The position numbers were made by a program, and so were the translations under genes. DNA of 64,000 nucleotides from Squalus acanthias (Eukaryota): contig CM059432.1 in NCBI GenBank assembly GCA_030390025.1, positions 123,568,001-123,632,000 of the forward strand. Direction: 5' to 3'. Under the pieces are notes generated by a model that saw only the letters and a list, made by a program, of their open reading frames with translations, did not search any database and had not been told where the DNA came from. Positions 1 to 13,628 of this stretch are shown here, piece after piece; position 1 is the stretch's first letter; every line of letters begins with the position of its first letter.

Positions 1-167
1 GTGGCGTAGCGGGCCCAGGGGCTGAGTGGCCAGGTCCTGCTCCTACTTCTTGTGTTCTTTAGATTTGAGGTGAGGATCAGATCAGCCATGATCTTATTGA
101 ATGGCGGAGCAGGCTCGAAGGGCCGATTGGCCTACTCCTGCTCCTATTTCTTATGTTCTTATGTTCT
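1..167 (+). mobile_element. CR1 LINE 3' end (3' UTR and tail)
   Basis: GATCAGCCATGATCTTATTGAATGGCGGAGCAGGCTCGAAGGGCC matches the 3' UTR of the CR1 copies at 33860 and 58660; ends in (ttatgttc)n tail. Confidence 0.8.
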
Positions 168-699
168 AATACCAACTTACTCTGCAATCAACTGATGCTG
201 CACAGGACACATAGCATCAGCACCCGACCACATTGCTGCCCGGGAGGCCAGGGATGGCCTCACTATGGCCAGATTTACTTCACTTGACGCAGTACACCCT
301 GGCTGCCACATGATGTGCCAAGTTGGCACCACACCACACCAACACCATAAAACATCCCTACAATCCATCCCTTTCACACTCATCACCATTGCGGGGCAGG
401 GGGCGGGGGGATAACATTATGTCTCATCATTCACTGCAACTTGCTAAGCCAGTTCCAAAGGTGCACACAAATCTGACTAAGAAGGCAATGTGTTGAAAAT
501 AAAGGTTTCAATGTTTGACACCACATTCACAGAAATTTTACATGAACATTGCATAAAACACCCAAGTGCATATCCTTGTGTGTTGTTAGTTGGTATGATT
601 GGACTAGGATGAGGGTGAGTGTGAGGGGTGGCTAGTGAGATGGGGAAGTGATAATGTAGATAGAGAGGGGTGGGTGAAGGTGCAAGGTAAGTTGGTGTG

Positions 700-1294
700 A
701 GTAAGGATGTGCAGGAGTAGGGTAGGGAAGGCAGAGTGATGGGGATGTGATGAGTGGCGCAGCAGGATGAGGCCAAGTGTGGCTTTGCAATAACGTTTCG
801 TGATCCACTGAGATCATTGAAAGATTTGCGCCACTGCAGCCTGGTCCTCCTGAGAACATCCCTGCTTGTATTCTCCTGTGCAATGTGCAACCAGGCTGCG
901 TTGGTCTCCTGCGGAGGTCTCTTCCGCCCATTGGAAGGGAAGAGGACCTCCCTGTTCAGCATATGGAGGGAGTCATGGGAGAGCCTGGGTGCAGCTGTGC
1001 ACCTCTGTGCAGTGATTGTCAGTGTTTGCAGCACCTCAATGTTGTAGAACACTGACAGCACAACTGTCAAATAAATTTGGCCATGGTCCCTTTAAGGAAA
1101 CCGGCTGATGACACGTCATCAAATGACGTCATCGACCCACTTCCTTCAATTGGCTGCGAAACACACTGGGCGGGCTTAACAAGGCCAATCGGGGAAAAAT
1201 CATTTTGGAGAGAGGGCTGGAGCCAACAGCGAGGCCGGGACCCGTCCCCGACGTCGCCCGACATGGACCCGCCGAGGTTGGTAAAATCCAGCCC
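700..1294 (-). mobile_element. PIF/Harbinger transposon fragment carrying a Myb/SANT-like DNA-binding protein remnant and one terminal inverted repeat
   Basis: ORF 477..1070 contains APRLSHDSLHML..REVLFPSNGRKRPPQETNAAWLHIAQE..RRTRLQWRKSFNDL, resembling Harbinger Myb/SANT proteins; terminus AAAATCCAGCCC at 1283-1294 is identical to the TIR of the MITE at 21388-22071. Confidence 0.7.
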
Positions 1295-1696
1295 CCTGTT
1301 TCTGAGCATTACGGTGTAAACGGCACCGATATCAGAAAATCAAAGCCTAGATATGCCTTTCCTGACCATGAACCCAATATCTGCCAGTGATACAGGCATA
1401 TCACTGCTAAAAGCTAGCCCCTGAGATATTAATGGTCAGAATTTACACAGGATTGATTGGACTAAATCTTTCAGATGCTTTCAGAAACTCTCGTCTGACT
1501 TTAGTGTTAAAACGTGCAGCATTCATTCAAGGCTCCTTGGTATTTAATAAAAACATGACATATATTACATCTAATGCACCAAATACCAAATGTATTGAAT
1601 GAGTAATCTCACCTCACAAACCAAAGATACAAGTGGGTAGCATTGCAGTACAGATTGGTGATGTTTTGGTTTTCAACAAGTAAATACTAGCTTATA

Positions 1697-2128
1697 AAAA
1701 AAAACTTGTATTTCTATAGCGCCTTTCACAACCTCAGGACATCGCAAAGCACTTTACAGCCAATGAAGTACTTTTCAAGTGTAGTCACTGTTGTGATGTA
1801 GGAAACGCAGCAGCCAATTTGCGCACAGCAAGCGCCCACACAAACAGCAATGTGATAATGACCAGATAATCTGTTTTTAGTGATGTTGATTGAGGGACAA
1901 ACATTGGCCAGGGCACCGGGGATAACTTTTACAACCATCTGAGAGAGCAGACGAGGCCTCGGTTTAACATCTCATCCAAAAGGCAGCACCTCTGACAGTG
2001 CAGCACTCCTGTAGCACTGCACTGGAGTGCCAGCCTAGATTTATTTGTGCTTAGGTCTCTGGAGTGGGATTTGAACCCACAACCTTCTGACTCAGAGGCA
2101 AGGGTGCTGACCAACTGAGCCACAGCTG
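1697..2128 (-). mobile_element. Near full-length tRNA-derived SINE (Deu-domain, SacSINE1/AmnSINE1-like) with L2-type tail
   Basis: Minus-strand head has A box TGGCTCAGTTGG and B box GGTTCAAATCC; central GACAGTGCAGCACTCC..GCACTGGAGTG motif; 3' tail AAAGGCGCTATAGAAATACAAG resembles the L2 tail at ~6250; several copies in the window. Family name is from recall. Confidence 0.8.
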
Positions 2129-2399
2129 TTACTTATGCTTAAGGCTGCGAATTTCCTCGGAATTTCCTGCTGCCCTGCCGTAACTTTGCCCGTCTCCGCC
2201 GCGCTTCCGACAAATTAAACAGTGCCGAGGCAGGAGCAGCTCTGAGGAAATTCCCATTATCTTTATGTGCAGGGTGCTCCTGTAGAAGGTGGTGACCCTA
2301 CAATATCAGGTGATGTGAATATCAATGTTGGTCTTTCGGCAGATATAGTTTATTGGAGGGTGGGAGGATTGGGACAGATGTTGGACATGACTGGTAATG

Positions 2400-2620
2400 C
2401 AGGGGTGGGGGGGTGGGGGGCATGGACTAGTCAGCTGAAGCGCTCTTCAGTGAGCTGCTGCTGAAGAGCTCTGGCTGCAGGTAGGTGATGGAACCCTCCT
2501 GCTTCATTGACATCCTCTAACGTCATCAGTGCCATCTTCCTCACCTTGCGGAAGGTCCTCGTCCAATGGTGGTCCCAGGTATTGTCCCCGTTGCATCTTT
2601 TGTCTTTCTTTACATCATGG
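2400..2620 (-). mobile_element. Possible degenerate C-terminal end of a Harbinger transposase
   Basis: Minus translation ends ..ARALQQQLTEERFS* after an acidic stretch, loosely like the acidic C-terminal part of the remnant at 4440-4574. Confidence 0.3.
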
Positions 2621-3499
2621 AAGTACAGGGCAGAGTTTCAGAGCTATGATTTCCCCGTATTATCGTCGTTGATCTTAGCTCAGCCATCAAACCTCCCAGC
2701 TGCTGTCTGTTACAATTTATATTGTGTGCTTTTACCTCACAACTAAAGAACCACCACAGCTGCAACACCTGGCAGGAGTCTTTCTTTAGATTATTTCAAT
2801 GATTTCATTTTGGAGTTGTGTTAGGCTGGAAAATGTATACATAAACATGAAGATTACTTTCTCTTCACACACTGATATATACAGTGACAGCTATTTTATT
2901 GCTTTCTCTCCCTATTCGCGCTTGTACCTTATAGGTATGATTTAACAATCCAGTGATCCCAGCAGGGAGCACATCTCAGGAAGATGTGGGTGCATAGCCC
3001 ATGATTTTCTTCCAATTAGAATTAACACTAGGAGTGTGGAATTGAGGGAATCACTTTTATTCTTTTAATATTCTCCGCTGAAGCTGTAGAAGTGTGCCAC
3101 TATCTTTTTATTCCTTAATAGGTTTGTTGCTTTATTTCCAGTATGTTCACCAGCAAATAACTATCAGCTGTTCCCCTCACCTGCAGATCTATGCCTTGAA
3201 GAACAAACACCTCCCGCCAGTTTGTGGGCAGCTGCATGGAAGTTAATGCACAAGGTTGTGATGGTGTCATCCATGAATTTTCTGTCATGTCCACCCATTT
3301 AATGCTGTTCCATTCACTCACCCACATGAACTGGTATTCGGGACTGCTAGGTGCCAACCTGCAATGGGACTCAGGTTAAAGAAACCACTGATGACCTTTT
3401 CTTATTGTTTGCTTTGGTTCATTTGTCCCTGATGCCTTTATGGAAATTGCTTAGGTGTTGCCTTTTTTTTACTCCTGTGCCACAGTGGGTCTCCCACTG

Positions 3500-5411
3500 G
3501 CAATTCCCCATTACCGCTATTTTTTGGGGAGAAGAGCAGGACCAACAGAGGGATGCCAGCGGGTCAGGCTACACCAGAGGCACTTTGCGCTCACCCACTG
3601 ATACTCCCACACCAGAATACATAATCACTGGCACACATACCTCCACTTAACTCAGGAGCAGTGCCAGCAGTGGTTTCCATTCACCAGGGAAGCTGTAACA
3701 GTTGCTGCGAGCAGACCTGCAGTCAAACTTTGCCACGTGAACGATATTGCCGGTGGCTCTTAAAGGTGACTACTACTCTCAAATATACGTATCAGGGTCA
3801 TTTCAACTTACTACTGGGAACATTGCGAATATCTGCGAATCAGCTATATGTAGATGTGTGAAGCAAGTCACAGGTGCATTGTTTGCTTGATCATCAAGAG
3901 TTTATCTCCTTCCGTGTGGCTGCCTGACAGCAGCACAAGAGGGTTCTGCAACTTAACAGAGCGACAGGATTCCTGATGCTGCAGAGGGTTATAGATTGTA
4001 TCCACACTGCCAATGTGCCCCGTCACACAATGTCACGACCTCCATGAATCATAAAGGATTTCACTCTCTCACCGTTCAGCCGGTCTACAGGCACTAGTAC
4101 TGCAATAGGTAAGTAAATGCTCCTTTGCCATAACACTTTGATGTTGAGGCAGTCCACCATCCTACCAATATTTGATTCTGAAAGCAAGTTTCAGTGTGGG
4201 GTCCAAGACCATCCTCTGCAACTATGGGCACGTTAACACCTCTGTGCAATCTCAGGACAACTGCAGAGCATGGATATAATGAGGAGCATGCCTCCATAAG
4301 AGTTACCACTGAATATGTTGAAGGCCCACTTCAGGTGCCTGGATCAATCTGGGGCTGTCCTATAACAGCCTGGCGAAAGTTTCCAGGATTGTTGCTATTT
4401 GCTGCATGCTGCACATATTGCTCTGAAATGGAGGCCACAGAGGAGGGAGGTCCCCAGGCACAGCAAGGGGGCCAGCAGGAGGATCTGGAACAGCTTGAAG
4501 AGGCATTGGAGGAGAACCCTCACCCAGCTGCAGGAGAAATCCCTGCAGCCCTGATACAGACAACTGTCGTGTAACTTGCAAAAGGTGCCTAAAAGTCATG
4601 CTTACCATCTACCCCTTAACTTCAGACCTCTCTCCCATGCATGCTGCAAGCTGGCCTGTAGGATGTTTGGTTCCTCAGCCACCATGAGCTACTCCTGCCG
4701 ACTTGTGCTCTGGGCACATCCAGCGCACTCTCTTAAAACCCCCAGGATGGATGTATCTAAACTGGTGTTTGTGTGCTGTGAAGTACTGCTTAGATGGAGG
4801 CACTGGTCCCTGGTTTGTTGTCATCTAGCACATCCAGAAAGAGAAGAGTAAGACAGGTGACAACATCCCTGATTATAATCGCTCAACCATTGGTGGTGCC
4901 TTGATGAGCAGCCATCACATCATGCTTTCAAAAGAAGGAGTGGCAGGGTAAACGGCTTCAGCTTATGTTTTGTTAGCTGCTACTGAATCAGAGAATAGGA
5001 AGAGCAGCAGAAGTGGGTACCAACCATGAACTTGTAGCCACCTCCCTTCCTACTTCCCTATCTCCAGCACTCTTTATGGACTCCCTCCCAAAGACTGTTC
5101 CTCAGATGAGAGAGAGGGGGTTCTCCTCCTGCCAGTGCTCTCTCACAATTGTTATGGCCAGTCTTTCTCAAAAAAAAGTGAAGGTGAGAAGTTCCAGAAT
5201 CTCCAATGTCAGCCAGAAGGACCTTATCTCTGAGTCCCGATCCTATACAACGCATTTTCTTGTCCCTTCCACTGGTAGTAGGCCCTGCCAGGGTACAGGC
5301 CTGTGCTGGAAGTGCCCCCGGCCTATGTAAATGACCCTGGGCAGGAAATCCCAGTGAGTCTAAGTGCATTGCTCCTGTCCAGCGCTGAGGTGGAGGACGG
5401 GAAATTGACCC
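3500..5411 (+). pseudogene. Degenerate PIF/Harbinger (HARBI1-like DDE) transposase remnant and flanking element sequence
   Basis: Fragmentary motifs GFLMLQRVIDCIH (~3966-4005, cf. GxIDCTH), MNHKGFHSLTVQ (~4044-4079, cf. NRKGFHSLNVQ), LTPLCNLRTTAEHGYNEEHASIR (cf. L-TP..E..YN..H..TR); broken by frameshifts and deletions. Confidence 0.7.
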
Positions 5412-5469
5412 ATTTATTTTCCCTCTATCACTGGGTGGTCATAAAGATTAACAAACCATTAGAATGTTT

Positions 5470-6288
5470 TTGGTCCCCGCCACAAGCTCCGTTCCCTAGC
5501 CACTGACTCCATCCCTCTCCCTAACATCTGTCTGAGGCTGAACCACACTGTTCGCAACCTTGGTGTCATATTTGACCCTGAAATGAGCTTCCGACCACAT
5601 ATCCGCAGTGTAACTAAGACTGCCTACTTCCACCTCTGTAACATCACCCATCTCCGCTCTTGCCTCAGGTCATCTGCTGCTGAAACCCTCATCCATGCCT
5701 TTGTTACCTCTAGACTTGACTATTCCAACGCACTCCTGGCTGGCTTCCCACATTCTACCCTACGTAAACTTGAGGTGATCCAAAACTCGGCTGCTCGTGT
5801 CCTAACTCGCACCAAGTCCCGTTCACCCATCACCCCTGTGCTCGTTGACCTACATTGGCTCCCGGTTAAGCAATGCCTCGATTTCAAAATTCTCATTCTT
5901 GTTTTCAAATCCCTCCATGGCCTCATCCCTCCCTATCTCTATAATCTCCTTCAGCCCCACAACCCTCCGAGATATCTGCGCCCCTCTAATTCTGCCCTCT
6001 TGAGCATCCCTGATTATAATCGCTCAACCATTGGTGGCCGTGCCTTGGTTGCCTTGGTCCTAAGCTCTGGAATTCCCTTCCTAACCCTCTCCATCTCGCT
6101 ACCTCTCTTTCCTCCTTTAAGATGCTCCTTAAAACCTACCTCTTTGACCAAGCTTTTGGTCACCTGCCCTAATTTCTCCTTATGTGGCTCGGTGTCAAAT
6201 TTTTTGTCTTTTAAATACTCCTGTGAAGCGCCTGGGATGTTTTACTACGTTAAAGGCGTTATATAATTACAAGTTGTTGTTGTTGTTG
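5470..6288 (+). mobile_element. L2 LINE, 5'-truncated, C-terminal ORF2 and 3' tail
   Basis: ORF 5583..6266 has AYFHL..AETLIHAFVTSRLDYSNALL..IQNSAARVLT..PITPVL..LHWLPV, diagnostic of the L2 C-terminus; ends in (GTT)n. Confidence 0.9.
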
Positions 6289-7024
6289 AATTAAGAGCTG
6301 CCACTCCTTCTGAGGTCTTCCAGCACCATTTCTGTTGACACATTTCTCCTTGATGAAACATTCTTGCAGACCTAATCTAACCAATGCCTCTCTGTCTTGC
6401 TGCATTAATTTTTCAGTTTGTATAGTATATCACTGGCATCTAGGACAGCCTGTCCAAGCCTATGTACTCCACGTGTTGCTGACAATCCGGTCAAGCTTAT
6501 GTAAAATTCCACGTCACAGACTGTCAGTTCAAGGTCGTGTCTGCTAACTTTTGCTACTGAGCCTCTTTAGTTGTCGAATTGCTCGAGGTGTTGGGGAGGG
6601 GCAACAACATTTTCGCATGTCTAGTGATGATTTATGAAATTCAACCAACGGGACAAAAAAAGATTACTGAACAACAGCCCAGCTGCCTAGTCAAGTATTA
6701 AAGCAGCTTTCTCTTCTTAATCTCCGCACAGACCGGAGCAGTGGATAAGTATTAGCAGACAGACAGTGATTGAGCACCAAGCCACATGACGTCTAAAATT
6801 GTTTAAAGAAAGGATTTTTCATATTTTGAAATATTCAAAACGTAAATTTCTTCAGAATCACTCGAATTGTTTATTTGCATATTTAAAGTTACCTCATGTT
6901 GTACGTTGTATCTGGTACAGCTAGATACAATATCTAATAATAGATCATGTTACGCTAGTTCCCTTTTAGCTGCAGTGAAATATAACTTAACTCTGCAATT
7001 CAAAATTATGTGGTTTGATTGCTG

Positions 7025-7530
7025 GGACATGCTTTGGAAGGCTTTGGAGAGGGTACATCAGAGATTTACTAGAATGGTTCCAGTGATGAGGGATTACAGT
7101 TATGTGGATAGACTGGAGAAGCTGGGGTTGTTCTCCTTACAGCAGAGAAGGTCAAGAGGAGATTTGATAGAGGTGTTCAAAATCACGAAGGGTTCAAATA
7201 AAGAGAAACTGTTTTCAATGGCTGAAAGTTGAAAACCCTTTAAGATTTAAGGTGATTGGCAAAAGAACCAGAGGCAACATGAGGAAAAACCTTTTATATG
7301 CAACGCTTGGTTAGGATTTGGAGTGCACTGCCGGATAGGGTGGTGGATACAGATTCAATAGTAGCCTTCAAAAGGGAATTGGATAAATACTTGAAGGAGA
7401 AAAAATTGCAGAGATACGGGAAAATAGTGGGGGAGTGGGACGAACTGGATTGCTCTTTGAAAGAGCTGGCCACAGACTTAATGGGCCGAATGGTCTCCTT
7501 CTGTGCTGTACTATTGTATGATTTTATGCT
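7025..7530 (+). mobile_element. CR1 LINE 3' fragment
   Basis: ALERVHQRFTRMVP..LEKLGLFSLQQRRSRGDLIEVFKI; QRLVRIWSALP..FKRELDKYL. Confidence 0.85.
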
Positions 7531-7636
7531 GTCAAATTTTATGGTGTAAAATTTTTCGTCTTATAATACTCCTGTGCAGCGGCTTGGGACGTTTTACTAG
7601 GTTAAAGGCGCTATATAAATACAAGTTGTTGTTGTC
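7531..7636 (+). mobile_element. L2 3' tail fragment
   Basis: Matches 6190-6288 (ACTCCTGTG..GTTAAAGGCGCTATATAAATACAAGTTGTTGTTG). Confidence 0.75.
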
Positions 7637-8307
7637 GTCTGCCATAATGCTCAATCTCACCTAGAACTAAATAAAACCACTCAAAACACTCTTTGTATGT
7701 TCGAAACAATAATATGAGTTAGTGGATGTTTCAAAGAACGCTGCTGACTGTTAATGATGTCACCTGAAGCACTGATGTTTTTTGGGGCACTGGGCCCAGA
7801 CAATCGAGTGCAGAGCACTGTGGCCTCAGCCACACATCATAGTGGAGCTTAGCACACACAATGTGGGCGGGGAGCATCTAACACAATGGAGGGCTCTGCA
7901 ACAATAGTGTGCAACTTTCATTCAGGTACTAAAAATGTATTTAAAATAGGGAGTCCTCCCATGACGCAGCTTGAGTACCTAAAAAACAAAATGGTCGCTT
8001 TTAACTCGGCCTCCCTGACAGAAACAGGGCGTTAGTGCTGTCAAAATAGCTGTGGTCAACTTACCACCCCGTTCCCGCTTGTCTGTAATATTTACTGGGG
8101 CCTTCCACTGGGTGGCCCAGGCATGAATGATTCCCCTAATTTTTTATTTTGGGTGCGCAGCCAAGGGGCTGCGGGGTCCACACAGTTTCATGTGCGCGAA
8201 ACCGAACATTGGAAAAGCCAGTCCCGGGCTGCGATGGACCGGCAGAGAGCTGCACAGCTTAGGGGGAACGTTGCCAGGCACCCACCTGAATTAGGTGGGA
8301 GACTCAT

Positions 8308-9063
8308 TTATTTTTCATTCATGGGATGTGGGCATCGCTGGCAAGGTCAGCATTTATTGCCCATCCCTAATTGCCCTTGAGAAGGTGGTGGTGAGCCGCC
8401 TTCTTGAACCGCTGCAGACCGTGTGGTGAAGGTACTCCCACAGTGCTGTTAGGGAGGGAGTTCTAGGATTTTGAGCCAGCGACGATGAAGGAATGGCGAT
8501 ATATCTCCAAGTCAGGATGGCGTGTGACTTGGAGGGGAACTTGGAAGTGATGGTGTTCCCATGCACCTGCTGCCCTTGTCCTTCTAGGTGGAAGAGGTCG
8601 CGGGTTTGGGAGGTGCCACCGAAGAAGCCTTGGTGAGTTGCTGCAGTGCATTTTGTAGATGGTACACACTGCAGCCACGGTACGCCGGTGGTGGATCGGA
8701 TGCCAATCAAGCAGGCTGCTTTGTCATTGATGGTGTTGAGCTTCCTGAGTGTTGTTAGAGCTGCACTAATCCAGGCAAGTGGAGAGTATTCCATCACACT
8801 CCTGACTTGTGCCTTGTAGATGGTAGAAAGGCTTTGGGGAGTTAGGAGGTGAGACACTCACCGCAGAATACCCAGCCTCTGACCAGTTCTTGTAGCCACA
8901 ACATTTGTGTGGCTGGTCCAGTTAAATTTCTTGTCAATGGTGACCCCCAGGATATTGATGGTGGGGAATTCGGTGATGGTAATGCCATTGAATTTCAAGG
9001 GGCGGTGATTACACTCTCTTTTGTTGGAGATGATCATTGCCTGGCGCTTGTGTGGCGCGAACA
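8308..9063 (-). mobile_element. Non-LTR retrotransposon 3' fragment, a CR1-group family distinct from the main CR1s
   Basis: INILGVTIDKKFNWTSH..QRLGILR / LSTIYKAQVRSVMEYSPLAW RT C-terminal motifs; tail GGGCAATTAGGGATGGGCAATAAATGC..ATGAATGAAAAA. Confidence 0.8.
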
Positions 9064-9842
9064 TTCTGTAAGAAAATCTGTGCGTCATGGAATCCTGATA
9101 CAATTTTGGGGGACAACTGGTTGGACCATGCACCGTTCATTTGTACCAAGTGGAGAAGAGGAAGAGGCCTCAAAGAAATAAGTGAAAAATGTGTTTTATG
9201 GGGCCAGAAGAAGCGCTCGTCATGGTTCCACAAGAATAATGTGGACCCCTGCCACCCCAGACTTCCCTAACCCTCCCCTTGCGATTCAGTTCCCCCTCTC
9301 CCCAGGACCTACCACACAATATTGCGCCGGCCTGGAGCCAAGGAGCTGCAAGCCTGTTTGGTGCATGCCAGTTGCTGATGGGATGGTAAGGATGCCTGGC
9401 CATCGAAATGGACCAAGACGCCTGCCGGCAGCATCGGGCAAGCTGGTCTGTGTGCTCTGCCAACTGGCCACCCAAGAGTTAAAGTATACCCTTAAGAGCC
9501 GTTAACAATGGGCAACGAAGTCAGGGCCTGTCAAAAAACTGTTCTCAGTTGTCCTGGATGGCCCACTCCTTGCCAGAGTGCTACATTGACTTAGGAGCAC
9601 TCTTTGTCCTAATCTCCAAATTCTTCAATGGGGATTTTGTGGCTACTTATATCAGGTCCACTTATTGTCGAAGATTTAATCATCAAGAAATTGTTTATTC
9701 AGCAGCTGAACTCAATTGCCGTCACAGTCATGTGAAGCGCATGTCCCTGTACTATCCCGTGTTATGTGCTATGTGGTGAATGCCTGACCTGACAATGGAG
9801 TTTTACCAACCGAACTACGATTATACAGTAGACATCGCAATG

Positions 9843-10355
9843 AATCATAGAATCATCGAATGGCTACAGCACAGAAGAAGGCCATTCAGCCCGTCGAGCC
9901 TGTGCCGGCTCTCTGAAACAGCACTTCAGCTCGTCGCACTCCCCCGCCCTTTCCCCGTAGCCCTGCAAAATTTTTTTTTCCCCGGTACTTATCCAATTCC
10001 CTTTGAAAGCCACAATTGAATCTGCCTCCACCACCCTTTCAGGCAGTGCATTCCAGATCCTAACCACGCGCTGCGTTTAAAAGTTTTTCCTCATGTTGCC
10101 TTTGGTTCTTTTGCCAATCACCTTAAATCTGTGTCCCCTGGTTCTCGACCCTTCCGCCAATAGGAACAGTTTCTCTCTATCTACTCTGTCTAGACCCCTC
10201 ATGATTTTAAACGCCTCTATCAAATCTCCTCTCAACCTTCTCTGCTCTAAGGAGAACAACCCCAGCTTCTCCAGTCCATCCATGTAACTGAAGTCCCTCA
10301 TCCCTGGAACCATTCTCGTAAATCTTTTCTGCACCCTCTCTAAGGCCTTCACATC
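9843..10355 (-). mobile_element. CR1 LINE 3' fragment
   Basis: DVKALERVQKRFTRMVPGM..LEQRRLRGDLIEAFKIMRG..RTRGHRFK; (atgattct)n tail. Confidence 0.9.
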
Positions 10356-11445
10356 CTGTCGGTGAACTGCTGATATAAAATAAGTAGTTGCTTTGTGGAC
10401 TTTGTGTTGCCATCCCACCTAAATTCCGAAACCTTATGACCCAGGAACTGGATGCCGGTCATCCTGGTACAGTAACAATGAACGGATTAGCTGGACTGTG
10501 GTGGCCTTCCCTAGATTTGCAACATAGAAGATGCTGACATGAGTGTCAAGCCTGTCAGATCAACATATCTGTAAACTCTGTGGAAACTACTACTTGGCAA
10601 TGGCCAACAAAACCATGGCAGCGTCTTCATGCTGATTTCGCCGAACTGACGATGCAGAAACCTGGGGCAGGGGAAGCCTGAGGCCTGAACTTTCCTTGTA
10701 GGGTTTGGAGGAACAGGATTAAGAATCTTACCTGTTTGGGCGCCTTATGGACTCTGATCATCTTCCCGCTGAGAACGTCTGCTCCTCCTAGCCCCACAAA
10801 ATAATGCTTACACTTACCTGTAATGTCCCCCACTTCTTGCCCGCCAGGTTGTACAAAGTGAAGCCGTGAGTCGTTGAAATAGCTTCGGGGTCCAATGTAT
10901 GTCATAGGACCCTGCTCAAGTAAACAGCGGTGTTAAAATGGCCACGGCTCAGTAAAAGAGCAGTAAGTTACAATTAGATTTTAACTCTTGTTCGCTCGAT
11001 TTCTGCCAGGCCCAGGGAATTAAAATTCCCCCTCGTGTGTCTGAACTAAAACCTAAAACTGCTCAAGCACACCTACATGTTGCATGTGTGACAGACACCG
11101 CTGTCCATTTGGAGACAGATTAATATATCATACTGGACAGATGAAACAACACAACAGCTGCGCAGCCAGTGGACGCCCAACAGAAAATAGTTCCAAACAG
11201 AAAAGCACTTGTTGAGTCTTTCAATCAAATAAACAGAGACTGATGAATATCTGAGCGTGAGTCCAAGGCAGTAAACTCCTGGAAGTTGAGGAGGTCAGGT
11301 GAAATCACAAACCATCAAGCAGAGCATCACTTGAATTCTGAAATGACTGCAACATTGAAACCACATCCAAGTATGTTGTTTTAAAAAAATAACCCTTGCT
11401 GTGAAGTTCAAGGGATTTATTTCAGTCTTGGGTTCTATTTTCATG

Positions 11446-12260
11446 GTGGATTGCAGCGCCATCACTGGCAGATGGGTGTAATTACACCATGCAAAGTTTA
11501 CATAGGCAGTTTCCATTATAAATGTGAACATAGGAATTTATAACAGAAATATAAAAATAAAGGCAAAATGTGTTGCTTATTAAAATGGGTACTGAATTAC
11601 ACCTGATCACCCTGGTCCAATTATCCCCCTCCCTCTAACCCTGCTTCACCTGAAGACTATACTTGGTCTCTAGAAGGGTACAAATGGGAGCCGGATGAGT
11701 CCCTCCAGGTGGAAGATATCTCGAGTTATCGAAAGTGGATAGGTTGATGAGGATGGTAGTACCAACCACTGTGGTCTCCTGGAGCTTGCTTGATCGACTA
11801 TGGAAGTCAGAGAGGAATTTCTTACAGTTGTTTTTCTGAACTTATCCTAAGGTTATTTTCTGTTTTTGAATGTTTCACTCCCCGAGATCGACTAGTAATT
11901 TATTATTAGTACGCGCAGTAACTGACATCTTTTTCTGTTAGAAATTTTAATGCGTACATTTATAATGGAACAGGCTATGTAAAGTTGTCACGCTGTAATT
12001 TAATCCTCCCGCCAGTGGTAGCACTGGAGAGCCACAGTTTTATATCTCACTGGTCCTTTGTCTGTGCTGCACCAAAACACCTGAACTCCAACCAATTCTA
12101 CTTCTCTGCTACCCAAGTTCCTGCAATGTTTACTATTTAACTCTAAATACTATCAAATCAAAGTATTATATAAAAATACGGGCAGAACTTAAAATGGGGA
12201 TTGAATTATGTCTATGATTCTGACCAAATTACTCCCTGCCCTCTAATCCTGCTTCACCTG
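11446..12260. repeat. Old palindromic element: ~105-bp imperfect inverted repeat plus ~70-bp direct repeat
   Basis: 11446-11549 is the imperfect reverse complement of 11930-12034; 11581-11652 resembles 12190-12260. Confidence 0.7.
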
Positions 12261-13342
12261 ACCTGATGACAGCACTTGATCTCGACTTCCCGGGGTAGAC
12301 TTTTAAATTGCCGCCCGGTCGTAAATCTGGCTTTATAGATCGGCCACTGGTTATAGAAACTGCCCAATTTCCATTTGGAATGCCACAGGACCTCAACTAG
12401 TGTTAAGCGTTTCTTCCGCTGTTTTTTAGCACACTCGTTGATATTTGCAGTATTTCAGTTAAGTCATAAATCCGTTAAAAGTAAAGGGCTTTGCCAAAAT
12501 AGCACTCACAAGGATTTGACACAGCACGAAAAACAGCACAGAGAAATTTCAGCCCATATAAGCAATTGAAAGTGTAATCTTGTGAGGCATTACTACACCA
12601 AATTAAGCCCATAACACTGGTATAAAAGACAATTCTACACATTTCTAGAGGCCTTGCAACAGCTAAATAAAACACAGATGAATTTAAAATTGGTACGAGG
12701 TTTGCAAGAAAGCTCCTTGATGTGACATACTGTCAGAATGATGTTGACTTGCCTCAATGCACAGAGCTCCCTTATTCATTAATCCAGAAATCTTCTAATC
12801 TGGATTTGTATAACTGCGCATGGATTGGAGTTGTATAATCAGAGAGCAGAATATAAAATCATTAATCTGTTTATATTGTGGCATAAGCCATCTAATGCAT
12901 ATGACAAGGATAGGGAATAGGATGGGAGAAGGATTTTTAATCCAAAAGAAAGTCAAAGTAATTTCCCATGTTTACAGATCAATGAAAACCAGTCTGAAAT
13001 TATCCTGACTTTTCTCTTGCAAAAATTTGTACCGTGGTATCCTCATTGCCACTCTGAATTTGAGCAACTTAAAAGCAAGGTACATCTGGCAAATAATGAG
13101 AACTGACCCATGGAGCATAGAGTTTGAAATATGCAGTCCTTGCACAAAGATGAACAGTTCAAGAAAAATTATCATAATCTACCAATTGCCTATCTGTATT
13201 ACAACACAGACAGCTTCTGTGTTATTCAATTGACTCTACTCAAATCAGCAATTACAATAAGTGAGGATTAAAGAGTGATCTCATGTGCTAGACTCATGCA
13301 TAAAATCAGGTGTGTCAGCTGCTCTTTTGTGTGTGCTCTTGT

Positions 13343-13547
13343 AAGAACATAGGAACATAAGAATTAGGAGCAGGTGTAGGCCATACAGCCCCTCGAGCCT
13401 GCTCCGCCATTCACTAAGATCATGGTTGAACTTCGACATCAAATCCACTTTTCCTCCCTATCCCCATATCCCTCGATTCCCCTGGAGTCCAAAAATCTAT
13501 CGATCTCAGTCTTGAATATATCAACGACTGAGCCTCCACAGCCCTCT
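13343..13547 (-). mobile_element. CR1 3' fragment interrupted by the full-length CR1; resumes at 18126-18245
   Basis: CR1 3' UTR and tail; ..GCCTCCACAGCCCTCT joins directly to GGGGCGGTGGAGAATTCCAAAGATTC at 18126. Confidence 0.8.
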
Positions 13548-13628
13548 CATAGAGTCATAGAGTTATGCAGCACAGAAAGAGGCCCTTCGGCCCATCGTGT
13601 CCACGCCGGCCATCAAGCCCTGTCTATT

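Noticed and set aside
2060..2128. tRNA gene
   Set aside because: A and B boxes belong to a SINE head continuous with the SINE body.
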